A DNA stretch of 64,000 nt from a virus (IMGVR_UViG_3300014773_000009:30868-94867); one strand, 5' to 3'. Numbered from the stretch's first letter, positions 8,597 through 18,014 are shown. Notes: a model not told the origin generated them from the sequence alone. Program-made: numbers and translations.

Positions 8597-10321
8597 GTGG
8601 CGAGCGTGGTGAAGGTGCGCGTGGCGGGTGGCCCGGACAAGGCGCCGCAGCCCCCCAACGCCGTGGGGCCGGACGAGAACAGGTTTGTGGGCGTCGGCGC
8701 GCTGGTGCCTCCCTACGACCCGCTGGTGCTCAGCACGATGTACGAAGAGTCGAGTGCGCTCCGGCCGAACGTGGAGGCGTACGCGGCCAACATCGAGGGC
8801 TTCGAGCACCACCTCGAGCCGACGCTCGACCTGGAGGCGAACGACGCGCGCGAAAAGCTTCGCGACGCCATCATGCTCGAGAAGCTTTTCGATGGGGAGG
8901 TACCCACGGTCACGGACGAGGAGATCGACACCAAGATGGTGGAGGTCCAGTCGGTGGCACGCCTGGAGCGCCTGTTCGTCGACTCCTGGTTTGATGCGTG
9001 CTGCAGCGACCTGAGCTTCACCGAGCTGCGTGAGCGAACGCGCATCGATCTGGAGGTGACAGGTAACGCCTACTGGGAGGTCACCCGCAACCAAAGCGGT
9101 CAGATCGCGCAGCTCGAGCACGTGGTCTCGACGATGGTTCGGCTCATGCCGCTCGAGCGCACGCGCGTGGAGGTGTCCACCTTGCGACGCGTGAGCGCGC
9201 TCAGCGTGCGACGCCTCCAGCGGACCAAGCGGTTCAGGACCTACGTGCAGATGGTCGACGGAACCGAGGCCGTGTTCTTCAAGGAGCTCGGCGACCCGCG
9301 AGTCTTGAGCAGCAGAACGGGGCGGCGCTTTGCTTCTGCGGAGGAGTTGATGGCGACGGAGGGCGCCCCGCCAGCGACGGAGCTGATCCACTTCCGCATC
9401 TACAGCCCGCTCTCGGCCTACGGTGTCCCGCGCTGGATCGGCGCCACTCCCGCAGTGCTCGGAACCCGCGCCGCGGAGGAGATCAACGTCCTCTACTTCG
9501 AGGACAAGTGCATCCCGCCTATGGCCCTCTACGTGGAGGGTGCCACGCTCGAAGACGGCGCGCTCGACCGCATCGAGGAGATGCTCAAGGCCAGGATCAA
9601 GGGCCGCGAGAACTTCCACTCCCTGGTGCTTCTCGAAGCGGGTCTGGTCACGATGTCTGGACCCACCGGGGATCAGTCGTTCCTTCCCAAGATCCGGCTC
9701 GAGCCGCTGACGCAGTTTCAGCAGCAGGACGCGCTGTTCCAGAACTACGAAGCCAACAACGCCGAGAAGGTCGGCCAGCAGTTCCGGCTGCCCCGCATCC
9801 TCCGCGGCCAGATGACCGACTTCAACCGAGCCACCAGCGAGAGCGCGCTCGAGTACGTCGAGCAGCAGGTGTTCCAGCCGGCGCGCCACAAGGTGGACCA
9901 CGTCATCAACAACAAGATCCTGGCCGAGCTCCAAGTCCGGTTCTGGACCTTCGTGTCGGGCGCGCCCGTGGTCCGCAACCCGCCGGCGCTCGCGAAAATG
10001 ATCTTCGACATGGTGCAATCGAACGTCATCACGCTGAAGGAGGCGCGCGAACTCATCGTGGACGTGTTCGGGCGCAACTTCGACGCCATCGACGAGGAGT
10101 GGACGCAGGGCCCGGTCGCTCGGCTGACGAACCAACAAAGCCCAGCCGCGGACGCGGTTCGCGAGATCATGGCGCTGCGCGCCGGCCTCGAAACCGCCGA
10201 GGCCGGCAGGCAGGAAACGCCGGCGGAGGCCGCAGCTGGGCACGCCCAGGCAACGTCGCTCGTCGAAGTGCTCGAGATTCCCTCCGACGAGTTCAGGGCG
10301 CTGTTCCGGCCGGCGGGGTGA
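8597..10321 (+). CDS. Phage portal protein (PBSX-like)
   Basis: PPYDP, DLEVTGNAYWEV, ELIHFRIYSPLSAYGVPRW, FRLPRILRG...NRAT motifs. Start is approximate. Confidence 0.85.
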   Translation: MASVVKVRVAGGPDKAPQPPNAVGPDENRFVGVGALVPPYDPLVLSTMYEESSALRPNVEAYAANIEGFEHHLEPTLDLEANDAREKLRDAIMLEKLFDGEVPTVTDEEIDTKMVEVQSVARLERLFVDSWFDACCSDLSFTELRERTRIDLEVTGNAYWEVTRNQSGQIAQLEHVVSTMVRLMPLERTRVEVSTLRRVSALSVRRLQRTKRFRTYVQMVDGTEAVFFKELGDPRVLSSRTGRRFASAEELMATEGAPPATELIHFRIYSPLSAYGVPRWIGATPAVLGTRAAEEINVLYFEDKCIPPMALYVEGATLEDGALDRIEEMLKARIKGRENFHSLVLLEAGLVTMSGPTGDQSFLPKIRLEPLTQFQQQDALFQNYEANNAEKVGQQFRLPRILRGQMTDFNRATSESALEYVEQQVFQPARHKVDHVINNKILAELQVRFWTFVSGAPVVRNPPALAKMIFDMVQSNVITLKEARELIVDVFGRNFDAIDEEWTQGPVARLTNQQSPAADAVREIMALRAGLETAEAGRQETPAEAAAGHAQATSLVEVLEIPSDEFRALFRPAG

Positions 10322-10325
10322 CGTC

Positions 10326-10595
10326 GTGGGCGTCCGCACCGAGCCGCACACGACGTGCGCGCGCAAGCTCAAGCCCGGCCAGGTGAAGCGGGTCACGCTG
10401 GCCGGGCCGCTGATCGGCTACCACATCGCCTGTCCCGGCTGCCGCTTCGTCGCCTCCTACCTCAAGGAGGAGGCGGGGTTTTTGGAGGAGCGGGACGATG
10501 CGGGTCCCGTGCTCCTCGGGCTCGGGCGTCGAGTCACCTGCATCCGGTGCCGGCGCGAGATCACCATGCGCGCAGGACGTCTCGAGGTCGCATGA
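10326..10595 (+). CDS. Small zinc-ribbon protein
   Basis: CPGC and CIRC pairs; coupled between portal and MuF. Confidence 0.55.
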   Translation: MGVRTEPHTTCARKLKPGQVKRVTLAGPLIGYHIACPGCRFVASYLKEEAGFLEERDDAGPVLLGLGRRVTCIRCRREITMRAGRLEVA

Positions 10596-12364
10596 ACGCG
10601 CGTCGCGCAGTCGCGGCACTCGACGACGTGCTGTGGGTCATTGGGCTCGAGCACGTGACCAAGGCCGTCCGCAGCCCGTTCTCGCGCGCGGGCTTCGACC
10701 AGATGGTCTCGTCGTTGGTGGCGGCCCTGCAGCAGGCCACGGAACCCCAGCGCCAGGCGGCGCTCGCCGCTGCGATCCAGCAGCTCGATCAGCGCTGGAG
10801 CGGCGTGACCGAAGGCGACCGCGCGCGGCTAGTGGCAACAGCGATGAGCCAGTACGTGGCCGGGTCGAGTGGCTTGGTGGCTGGCACCGCCGACGTTTTC
10901 GGCACGCACATGAGAGCGATCGCGGGCCGCACGCGCGCAGCCGCGAACCGGACCCACCAGCTCAGGCTGCCGCTCGAAGATCCGTTCGCGCTGATCGATC
11001 CGCGCGTGCTTGAGCACGCCCGCACATCGAACGCCCTGTTCGTGCGCAACGCGCGTGGCGCAATCGCCGAGCGGCTGTCCGGTGTGGCACGTGGGGTGGT
11101 GGCAGACGGCCTCTCTCGTGGCTGGGACGACGACACCATCGCGGACGAGCTCGGCGTGGCGCTGCGCGGGTCCGAAGCGAAGCAAAGTCGCGGCTACCTC
11201 ACCATGGTGAGCAGCGTGTTCGTGGCTCGCTCGCGCCACTACGCCACGCTCCGGTCATTCGAGCAGGCGGGAATCGCGACATACGAGCATGTGGCGGTGT
11301 TGGACGAGAGGACGTGCTCGGCGTGCAGGTTCATGCACGGGCGCACCTTTCGCGTGCGCGTGGCGCTCGACCAGTTCACGGCGGTGTCCGCTGGTGGGCC
11401 GGAGTCCGTTGTGGAGCTCCAGCCGTTCATGCGTGCTGCGCGCTTGCCCAGCGGAGGACAGGTGATCGCGGTGCCATCTGGGGGTCAGGTCGTCCCGGTG
11501 GCTGACATCCAGGACAGCGGCGTGGGGCGTGTCGACGCGCTCGGCTCGTTCCGCGCGCGCGTGAGTGACGCTTCGATCCAGCGGATGGGGTGCGGCTGCC
11601 CGGTGCATCCGCGGTGTCGGTGCACGATCGTCCCAGGAGCCACGACCACTTCGGTGGCCGTCCCGGCGGGGCCGGGAGCGGCGCCCGCTCAGGTCAGTGC
11701 AGCGCCGGCAACGGAGCCACCGAAGCGAAGACGGCGTGGGGCTCCGGCCCAGATCTCTCCACCGCCACCGTCCACTCCTGCGGCGCCCACGTTCACTGTG
11801 GGCGTGCACGCCCTCTCATTCGAGAGCGACATCCCCAAAGCAGCACAGAAGGAACTGCTCGACGGCTTGGCCGCTCGCGTGCCGTGGGTCTTGCCGTTCC
11901 TCGAACGAACGCCCATCTCGACCCTCGCGGTCAAGAAGACACTCAAGAGCCGCCACTCCAACGGGAGCTACTGGATTCACCGCCACCGCATCGACGTCCG
12001 ATGGAACCGCAGCGCCGGAACCTGGGGGCAAGCGCTGGAGCCCTCCACATGGTCCGTCTCACAGACGGGCGCCACCCGCGCCGAAGCTGTGCTGCGCACG
12101 CTGGTGCATGAACTCGGACACCATGTGCACCTCTCTGGTGCCAAGGCCAGGACGGAGCTCTTCCTCACGGTCGATCGGATCATTCGTGGCGCGTTCGTCG
12201 GGAGCAGACCCAGGCTCACGCAATACGCAGCGACGTCGCCATCGGAGCACTTCGCGGAGGCCTTCGCCGCGTACGTGTTCGCCCCGGACGAGCTCAAGCG
12301 CGTGGACGGCGCTGCCTTCGACCTTGTCGAACTCGTGCTCGCGCAGCACGGGATCTTTCCGTGA
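10592..12364 (+). CDS. MuF (SPP1 gp7-like) minor head protein with C-terminal zincin metallopeptidase domain
   Basis: MuF motifs LDERTCSACRFMHG and PVHPRCRC; Pro/Ala linker; HELGH plus TQYAATSPSEHFAEAF. Confidence 0.8.
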   Translation: MNARRAVAALDDVLWVIGLEHVTKAVRSPFSRAGFDQMVSSLVAALQQATEPQRQAALAAAIQQLDQRWSGVTEGDRARLVATAMSQYVAGSSGLVAGTADVFGTHMRAIAGRTRAAANRTHQLRLPLEDPFALIDPRVLEHARTSNALFVRNARGAIAERLSGVARGVVADGLSRGWDDDTIADELGVALRGSEAKQSRGYLTMVSSVFVARSRHYATLRSFEQAGIATYEHVAVLDERTCSACRFMHGRTFRVRVALDQFTAVSAGGPESVVELQPFMRAARLPSGGQVIAVPSGGQVVPVADIQDSGVGRVDALGSFRARVSDASIQRMGCGCPVHPRCRCTIVPGATTTSVAVPAGPGAAPAQVSAAPATEPPKRRRRGAPAQISPPPPSTPAAPTFTVGVHALSFESDIPKAAQKELLDGLAARVPWVLPFLERTPISTLAVKKTLKSRHSNGSYWIHRHRIDVRWNRSAGTWGQALEPSTWSVSQTGATRAEAVLRTLVHELGHHVHLSGAKARTELFLTVDRIIRGAFVGSRPRLTQYAATSPSEHFAEAFAAYVFAPDELKRVDGAAFDLVELVLAQHGIFP

Positions 12365-12569
12365 GGAGATCTTCCCCGGCGTCGATCCAGCTCTCGTCCT
12401 CTGCGAATAGCTCGATGGCCTCCATCCCCTCGGCTTCGAGGCCATCACCCAGCGCGTCTGCCATGTCGGCGTAGGCGATAGCGAAGGCGCCGATGGTGAG
12501 CTGCCCGGCGCGTGAGAGGGTCTCAGCGTCAGCCAGAATCTGCCTTACGCGGTCCATGTCCACGGCCAT
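12294..12569 (-). CDS. Small acidic protein convergent with MuF
   Basis: Starts 3 nt after the stop of the upstream minus-strand gene; acidic core. Confidence 0.5.
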   Translation of the reverse strand: MAVDMDRVRQILADAETLSRAGQLTIGAFAIAYADMADALGDGLEAEGMEAIELFAEDESWIDAGEDLLTERSRAARARVRQGRRQRRPRA

Positions 12570-12572
12570 GAC

Positions 12573-13502
12573 TTACCTCTGCGACGTATCCATCCCGCGT
12601 TTCGCCTTGGCGCGTTGGACCGCGACGTGCGGGCCCTCCTTCGCCGCCTTCGCAACCTTCACGAGCGGCTTCCCGGCTCCAGGCTGCGCCTGATAGTCGG
12701 TCTGGAAGGATTTGAATCGTTCGCGCGCGTCGCGCGGGTTGTTGGTCTTGTCGACGACCCGAAAGCGGCCGGCCACGGCGAACGGTCCAGCCTGGATCTC
12801 GTTGACCTCCGCGCTCGGCTCGAGCTGCCAGAATCGCGCTTTGTCGAGCGTGGCTTCGACGCCAGGACCATCCACGTCCCTGGGCACCTTGCGACTCGAA
12901 AGGATGGCTGCGCTCGTCCAGCGTTCGACTCGGCCCGTTTTCTTGGCGCCGTCCGCACCAGTCTCCACCAGGTCGCCGTCCGACTTGAACGAGAAGCTGC
13001 CGCCGTCGATCGAGCCGTACACCAGCTCGAGCGGGGCTGGCGGACCGCGCCTCGATGTCTCGAGCGCGTTCACCTGCTCTGGATCGAGCATGTGCCGACC
13101 ATCGATCCTCACGCTCGAGAGGCGCCGGTTCTGGATTGCCTGTCGGATCGCGCTCTCGTGAACGCCGCGATGCGCAGCGGCTTGCGCAACCGTCATCGAG
13201 TAGCGTGCGCGAACCTTGTCCATGTCGAGCGAGCCGAGCGCGAGGCGCTTGCGACCGAGCAGGTCAAGCATCACGTGGTAGGCCGGATCGGCAAACACAG
13301 CCTTGGTCACCGTGCCGCGCCCCGGCATGATGGTTTGGTCGAGCAGCGGGTTCTCCACCGAGTACAGGAGCTCGATGAACGTGGCCTCGGAGACGGTGAC
13401 GTCTTCGACGCCGGCGCGGAGTCGATCCAGGAACGCGTTCAGAGCAGGGGACAGTGCGGGGGTTGAGATCTTCTCGCCAGAGAGCAGGGTGAAGTGCGGC
13501 AT
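12573..13502 (-). CDS. HTH_17 (excisionase-like) domain protein
   Basis: MTVAQAAAHRGVHESAIRQAIQNRRLSSVRIDG; GGAG RBS. Confidence 0.7.
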   Translation of the reverse strand: MPHFTLLSGEKISTPALSPALNAFLDRLRAGVEDVTVSEATFIELLYSVENPLLDQTIMPGRGTVTKAVFADPAYHVMLDLLGRKRLALGSLDMDKVRARYSMTVAQAAAHRGVHESAIRQAIQNRRLSSVRIDGRHMLDPEQVNALETSRRGPPAPLELVYGSIDGGSFSFKSDGDLVETGADGAKKTGRVERWTSAAILSSRKVPRDVDGPGVEATLDKARFWQLEPSAEVNEIQAGPFAVAGRFRVVDKTNNPRDARERFKSFQTDYQAQPGAGKPLVKVAKAAKEGPHVAVQRAKAKRGMDTSQR

Positions 13503-13541
13503 CGCGCGACTCCGAGGTTTTGGAGAATAGGTCAGGGGAGG

Positions 13542-13567
13542 AAAACCGAGCCCCCGTGAGGGGGCTC
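13542..13567 (-). terminator. Intrinsic terminator-like hairpin
   Basis: GAGCCCCC-N4-GGGGGCTC 8-bp stem followed by GGTTTT on the minus strand. Confidence 0.6.
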
Positions 13568-13571
13568 CAGG

Positions 13572-13883
13572 TCAGACGATCTCGGACAGGCCGAGGTAGC
13601 GGAGGTAGATGGCCTCCTGCGCGTAGTGGCGCTTCGCGAAGTCGATGACCTCGCGGAGCTTGGTCGCGTCCAGGATGGTCGCGAGCGCCACGATGTAGGC
13701 GCGGTTGGCATCACGGTAGGTGAAGCCACCGTCACCGACCCACGCACCAGCCACGAGGCCAGGCGCACGGGAGAAACCACCGAAGTGGTCGAGCAAGAAG
13801 GCCTCGAACACGCTGTCGTGCTCGGGCGAGAAAGCCGCACCCTCGTTGCTCAGGACGGGGATGAGGATGGTGAACTCAATCAA
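13572..13883 (-). CDS. DUF3574-like / GlnB-like fold small protein
   Basis: AAGGAG RBS with TTG start; FGGFS...GAW...G...YRD...QEAIY pattern. Confidence 0.5.
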   Translation of the reverse strand: MIEFTILIPVLSNEGAAFSPEHDSVFEAFLLDHFGGFSRAPGLVAGAWVGDGGFTYRDANRAYIVALATILDATKLREVIDFAKRHYAQEAIYLRYLGLSEIV

Positions 13884-13951
13884 GCGCTTGGTCTCCTTTG
13901 GAGTGCCCAGAACCGCTGGGCCGGGTCGGGCGTCTCGCCCTGACGAGAGAC

Positions 13952-13980
13952 AATCTAGCCACCCCAAAAACTGTCGTCAA
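13952..13980 (-). promoter_or_regulatory. Sigma70-type promoter
   Basis: TTGACG-N17-TAGATT. Confidence 0.65.
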
Positions 13981-14132
13981 CAGATAGGCGCCAGAAATCG
14001 ACCGGCTACGTCGATTTCGACGCAACTGGGAGGCTCGGTGGTCGACTTCCATGCATGAGCCGAAGAACGCCAACGCCCGATCAGATCGCCCGCTTACTCG
14101 AGGCCGTCCGCCGCCACGCTCACCGCGCCGAG

Positions 14133-14363
14133 CTACGGCGCGCGCGCGCCCAGCTGCTTTGCGACGGTGTTCAGCGCGATCCGCGCCGGACCACCGATGG
14201 GGTGGGTGCCGCTGACCCAGCGGTAGAGGGTCGTCTTGTGGACGCCCAGGAGCTCGCACAGGGCCGCCGTTCCGCCCGCCTTCTCGGCGAGCTCGCCCCA
14301 CGCTCCAGGGAGTTCGACCGGTCGTCCGGCTGATGCCTGAGGTGCCTTCCTGCGCGCCGCCAC
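14133..14363 (-). CDS. Small Cro-like HTH protein
   Basis: GGTAALCELLGVHKTTLYRW. Confidence 0.7.
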   Translation of the reverse strand: MAARRKAPQASAGRPVELPGAWGELAEKAGGTAALCELLGVHKTTLYRWVSGTHPIGGPARIALNTVAKQLGARAP

Positions 14364-14371
14364 GATGACGA

Positions 14372-14400
14372 ATCGTAGCGACGCGCAACTATCAAGGCAA
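14372..14400 (-). promoter_or_regulatory. Sigma70-type promoter with spacer operator
   Basis: TTGCCT-N17-TACGAT; spacer contains TAGTTGCGCGTCGC. Confidence 0.6.
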
Positions 14401-14409
14401 GGCGACAGC

Positions 14410-15456
14410 TCAGGCGACATCGGACATCAGGTCTTCGATCACGCGCCGGCCGATCGCCCGCGGGTCGATGCCGTGGTCGAGCGCACGGTGGACGGTCATG
14501 GGCTCCACGGTCCCGTCTCGAAGCACCACCTCGATGATGGTCTGGATCTCCTGGATGCGCTCTGCGCGGGTGCCGAACAGCAGGTTGTCCAGCTTGTTGC
14601 CGCTGCGGGTCTCGCGCGGGCTTCCGTCGGCGTTGCGGTCCACCAGGTAGGTCGCCGCGTTCCAGACGGTGGCGAGTGTCGGACCCTCGAAGTTGATCGC
14701 CATCGTGGCGGCGACCTGCGCGTCGTGACGCGCGTTCTCCGCGCGGGTGACGGTGGCCTTGCTGGACCCCTCGGGAGCGACCGGGAAGAGCAGGTCGAAG
14801 GCGGCCTGGGCGGTGCGGCGCGAGAGCTTGGCATCGCGGGCGCGGGCGTAGGTCTCGCGTACCTTCTGGCCGGTGGCGATCGCCTTGCCGATGCTCTCAC
14901 CCAGGGCGGCGACCTTCTGCTCCAGGCTCGCGGTGTGGCGGATGCTGGCCATGCCACCGCCGTCCTTTCGAAAGGCTGCGGTCATCGTGTTCCAGCAGAC
15001 CGTGCGGATCTCCGTGGTGCCGCACCGCAGCCCCAACGACCCGTCGAAGCTGTCGACGATGATCAAGTTGGTGCGCAGTCCGTTGGCCGCGCCTACCTCG
15101 AAGGTGGCCAGCGCCCGGGTCCCGTTCGCGAGCGCGAAGGCTCCCGTGGGGCGCCCGCCCGCCTCCACCGCAGCGCGGACCAGCTCGCGCCACTCGTCCG
15201 GGGTGGTCGCGCGGTAGCGACCGCCCACGATACCGAGCACGGCGGTCTCGTGCTGCTGGTAGTCGGCCACGATGGCCCCGTTGCGCGCCTTCACGCCGTT
15301 GGCGGTGAAGAGCGGCTCGCGGCGGATCGCCGTCGGCCAGGCGCCGGTGCGGTCAGCGGCTGCGATCATGCCGTCCGCTCCGACCATCACGCCCACCTCT
15401 TCGAGACCGTGCCACGAGCTCTTGTCCAGGATTCCGCGGTGCCATTCGTGTGCCAT
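14410..15456 (-). CDS. DUF932 family protein
   Basis: SSWHGL, LGIVGGRY, DSFDGS, IRTVCWNT, IRHT, TVWNAATYLVD motifs. Confidence 0.85.
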   Translation of the reverse strand: MAHEWHRGILDKSSWHGLEEVGVMVGADGMIAAADRTGAWPTAIRREPLFTANGVKARNGAIVADYQQHETAVLGIVGGRYRATTPDEWRELVRAAVEAGGRPTGAFALANGTRALATFEVGAANGLRTNLIIVDSFDGSLGLRCGTTEIRTVCWNTMTAAFRKDGGGMASIRHTASLEQKVAALGESIGKAIATGQKVRETYARARDAKLSRRTAQAAFDLLFPVAPEGSSKATVTRAENARHDAQVAATMAINFEGPTLATVWNAATYLVDRNADGSPRETRSGNKLDNLLFGTRAERIQEIQTIIEVVLRDGTVEPMTVHRALDHGIDPRAIGRRVIEDLMSDVA

Positions 15457-15479
15457 GTTCCCTCGCTCTCTCTGGGTAA

Positions 15480-15508
15480 TAAGATGCGTCGCGCAACTAA
15501 TTACGCAA
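15480..15508 (-). promoter_or_regulatory. Probable promoter with the same spacer operator
   Basis: TTGCGT -35; spacer contains TAGTTGCGCGACGC; AT-rich -10 region. Confidence 0.5.
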
Positions 15509-15539
15509 GGGGTTGACCCGAGAAAAGTCGGCTGGTCAC

Positions 15540-15728
15540 CTACTTTGTCCGCTTGGCTGCACGGTCGAGCAGCTGGCGAATCCATGCGGTCAGCGTCATC
15601 CCCGCGCGCTCGGCAGCCTCGCGCCACGCCTCGATCTGGCCCGGCCTCTCCTCGCGCAAGATAACGCCTGCCTGGCTGTTCTTGCCGCTTGGGCCCGACG
15701 CCTTCTTTCGCTTCTGCTCCGTCGCCAC
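15540..15728 (-). CDS. Ribbon-helix-helix-like DNA-binding protein
   Basis: WREAAERAGMTLTAWIRQLLDRAA. Confidence 0.6.
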   Translation of the reverse strand: MATEQKRKKASGPSGKNSQAGVILREERPGQIEAWREAAERAGMTLTAWIRQLLDRAAKRTK

Positions 15729-15748
15729 GGCCAGGATGATAGCCGAGA

Positions 15749-16459
15749 TCACTCGAGCGGCTCCCAGGCTTGGGAAAACTCGCGCTCGGAGAAGAGCTCC
15801 GCAAGGCCAGTGATCTGCTTGAGCCGGAGCACCTCGTCGCCATCCATCCCGAGTTCCTTTCGGATCCTCTCGTCGCTCCAGTTGCGGCGCGAGAGTTCTT
15901 GCACGATGGCGCTCATCCCGCTGACGACGTGTCGCCCGCGGGCTCGGTTGTGGCGGATCGTGGACGCCATGCGGTCGCCGCGGTCGGCGCGGTCGGCGCT
16001 GACGGTGGTCACGGGAAGGTAGCCGAGCGTGCGCGAACGCACGGCCTCCGACTTGCGGCCAACTTCTCCGCGGTGGAAGCCATCGACTGTTTCTCGTCGG
16101 TCGGCATCCTGCCACGTCACCACCGGCTGGGTGTAGCCGTCGCTCTGAATCGAGTGCTCCAGCAACTGCATCTCAGGGCGCGCGGTCACGTTCGGGTTGT
16201 AGTCGTTGGCCTCCACCTGCTCAGCAGGAACCCAGAGAACAAGGTCCACCGGGTGCGATCGCAGCGGGCTCACGGCGTGCAGCGCACGTCGCGCGTCGTT
16301 GAGCGCATCGACCTGCGCCGAGACTGTGGGTAGCGCTGCGATCGCGGCAGCGAGCTCGCGAGCGATGTCGGACGGTGATCTCACGTGGCCTTCTCCAGCG
16401 TGATCCATGAGCCACGCTGCGACACGATCGACCAGCCTCGCTCTTCGTAGTGCTTCCAT
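15749..16459 (-). CDS. ibrB: IbrB-like ParB/sulfiredoxin-domain protein
   Basis: ANDYNPN, SIQSDGYTQPVV, VDGFHR, RMASTIRHNRARG, LGMDGDEVLRLKQITG. Confidence 0.85.
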   Translation of the reverse strand: MEALRRARLVDRVAAWLMDHAGEGHVRSPSDIARELAAAIAALPTVSAQVDALNDARRALHAVSPLRSHPVDLVLWVPAEQVEANDYNPNVTARPEMQLLEHSIQSDGYTQPVVTWQDADRRETVDGFHRGEVGRKSEAVRSRTLGYLPVTTVSADRADRGDRMASTIRHNRARGRHVVSGMSAIVQELSRRNWSDERIRKELGMDGDEVLRLKQITGLAELFSEREFSQAWEPLE

Positions 16460-16791
16460 CGTCGCTTCGGCATGGTGGCTCGGAGTGGGCGTCGGTTCCC
16501 GCGCAGGTGCTTGTCTCGAGCCTTGGACAGTTTGGCGAAGATCCCTTTTCCGCGCATGTCGGGCGCCACGTACGCGTAGTCGTACCAGAGCGCACCGTCC
16601 TTTTCGCGGAGAGAGACGAAGCCCACCGCATCGTCGTGGTCGTCATCGAAGGCGACGAACCAAAGCATCCCGGGTGCGGAGTACATGGGTCCTGCCATCT
16701 CCTTCAGCACGGCTCGGCTGCAGAAGAACTGTCCGAGCACGATCCACATTCTGTCGGTGCCGTGCGGCAGCACCTCTACATGAGTCCCCAT
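16381..16791 (-). CDS. GNAT acetyltransferase
   Basis: AYVAPDMRGKGIF acetyl-CoA motif A; HYEERGW. Confidence 0.8.
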   Translation of the reverse strand: MGTHVEVLPHGTDRMWIVLGQFFCSRAVLKEMAGPMYSAPGMLWFVAFDDDHDDAVGFVSLREKDGALWYDYAYVAPDMRGKGIFAKLSKARDKHLRGNRRPLRATMPKRRWKHYEERGWSIVSQRGSWITLEKAT

Positions 16792-18014
16792 CGCGACCTC
16801 CTGTCCGCCATCAGCTTGCGGTATCGCTCGTAGTGCTCAGGCTTGGTGGGCGAGAACGACAATCCCTTGCACCAGTAGTCGTTGCGCAGCAGCACCTTGC
16901 AGATGCGCCGCCAGCTGGCCACGTCTTCGCTGCCCGTGTCATTGGGCGCTTCGTCCGGGACCTGTATCGAAAGCTTCTCGCTGCAGTACCGAAGGTAGAC
17001 AGCGATCTTGTCGCGGTAGTGCTCGGCTGTGGCCGCCGGCATCGTGTCGAGCAGGAAGCGCGCAAAACTCTCCCAAGTGTGGCCTTCCGGGAGCTCGACC
17101 TTGGCATTGCCCAAGATGTTGCCTCGCTCGCCCGCGTAGAGCGCGCCGCTGTTGGCACCGGCCACGCGCGCGCAAACCTTGCCCCACGTCTCCGGCTCGA
17201 CAGCGTGGAAGAGCCACAGGCCTCGCCGCTGCTCGTCGCCGTACGGCTCGCAGATGCGCATGTGCGCGAGCGGGACGCCGGCCTGATGCATTCGATCGTA
17301 GAGGCGGTTATACGGCTTGCGCGTCCTGCCCAGGTAGGTCCAGATGTCAGCTGTGCGCCAGTCGTAGATGGGGTACGCGTTGAAGAGCGCCCCGCCCTTC
17401 CAAGCCGTCCACGGCTTGCCCTCCAAGCGCGACTTGCGTCGCTTTGAGATCGCGCGCCACCGGTGCAAAGACTCGACGGTGCGGATACCCACGAGACACG
17501 CGGTGCTGGCTCCGCCGTCGCTGTACCACGCACCGAACTTCTCGATGAAGTGCTCGAAGGTGATCTCGGGGTAGTGGAACGGGAACCGATTGGAATCGGT
17601 GATGGCTCGGTCTGGTGGTGGCCGCACCCACAAGTCACGTTTGCTCGGGTCCCAGCATGTCCACTCCGGCTCGATCATGCTCACGGCGTTGGTCGTCGTG
17701 AGTGGAAGCGCGACCCAGAACGGGTCGATGTGGCTCGCGTACAGGTCGAACATCTCGGTGACGTGATCGATCGTCAGGCGGAACTGGGCTTCCCAATCGA
17801 GGAACAGGACCCCGACTCGCCGGTCACGCTTGACCGCTTCCTCCATCACGAGGTGCAGCATCACGCTCGAGTCTTTGCCGCCGCTGAACGAGACGTAGAT
17901 GCGCTCGAAGCTGTCGAACGTCCACCGTATGCGCTCCTCCGCTGCTTCCAGCACGCTGACGCTGAGGTACTGCTTTGGGTAGGCAGCCGCTTTCTTTACT
18001 GAGCTGCTAGCCAC
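16776..18014 (-). CDS. ibrA: IbrA-like PAPS-reductase/PP-loop protein with DUF3440 domain
   Basis: SFSGGKDS, GIRTVESLHR, YPIYDW, MRICEPYGDEQR, SWRRICKVLLRNDYWC. Confidence 0.9.
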   Translation of the reverse strand: MASSSVKKAAAYPKQYLSVSVLEAAEERIRWTFDSFERIYVSFSGGKDSSVMLHLVMEEAVKRDRRVGVLFLDWEAQFRLTIDHVTEMFDLYASHIDPFWVALPLTTTNAVSMIEPEWTCWDPSKRDLWVRPPPDRAITDSNRFPFHYPEITFEHFIEKFGAWYSDGGASTACLVGIRTVESLHRWRAISKRRKSRLEGKPWTAWKGGALFNAYPIYDWRTADIWTYLGRTRKPYNRLYDRMHQAGVPLAHMRICEPYGDEQRRGLWLFHAVEPETWGKVCARVAGANSGALYAGERGNILGNAKVELPEGHTWESFARFLLDTMPAATAEHYRDKIAVYLRYCSEKLSIQVPDEAPNDTGSEDVASWRRICKVLLRNDYWCKGLSFSPTKPEHYERYRKLMADRRSRWGLM

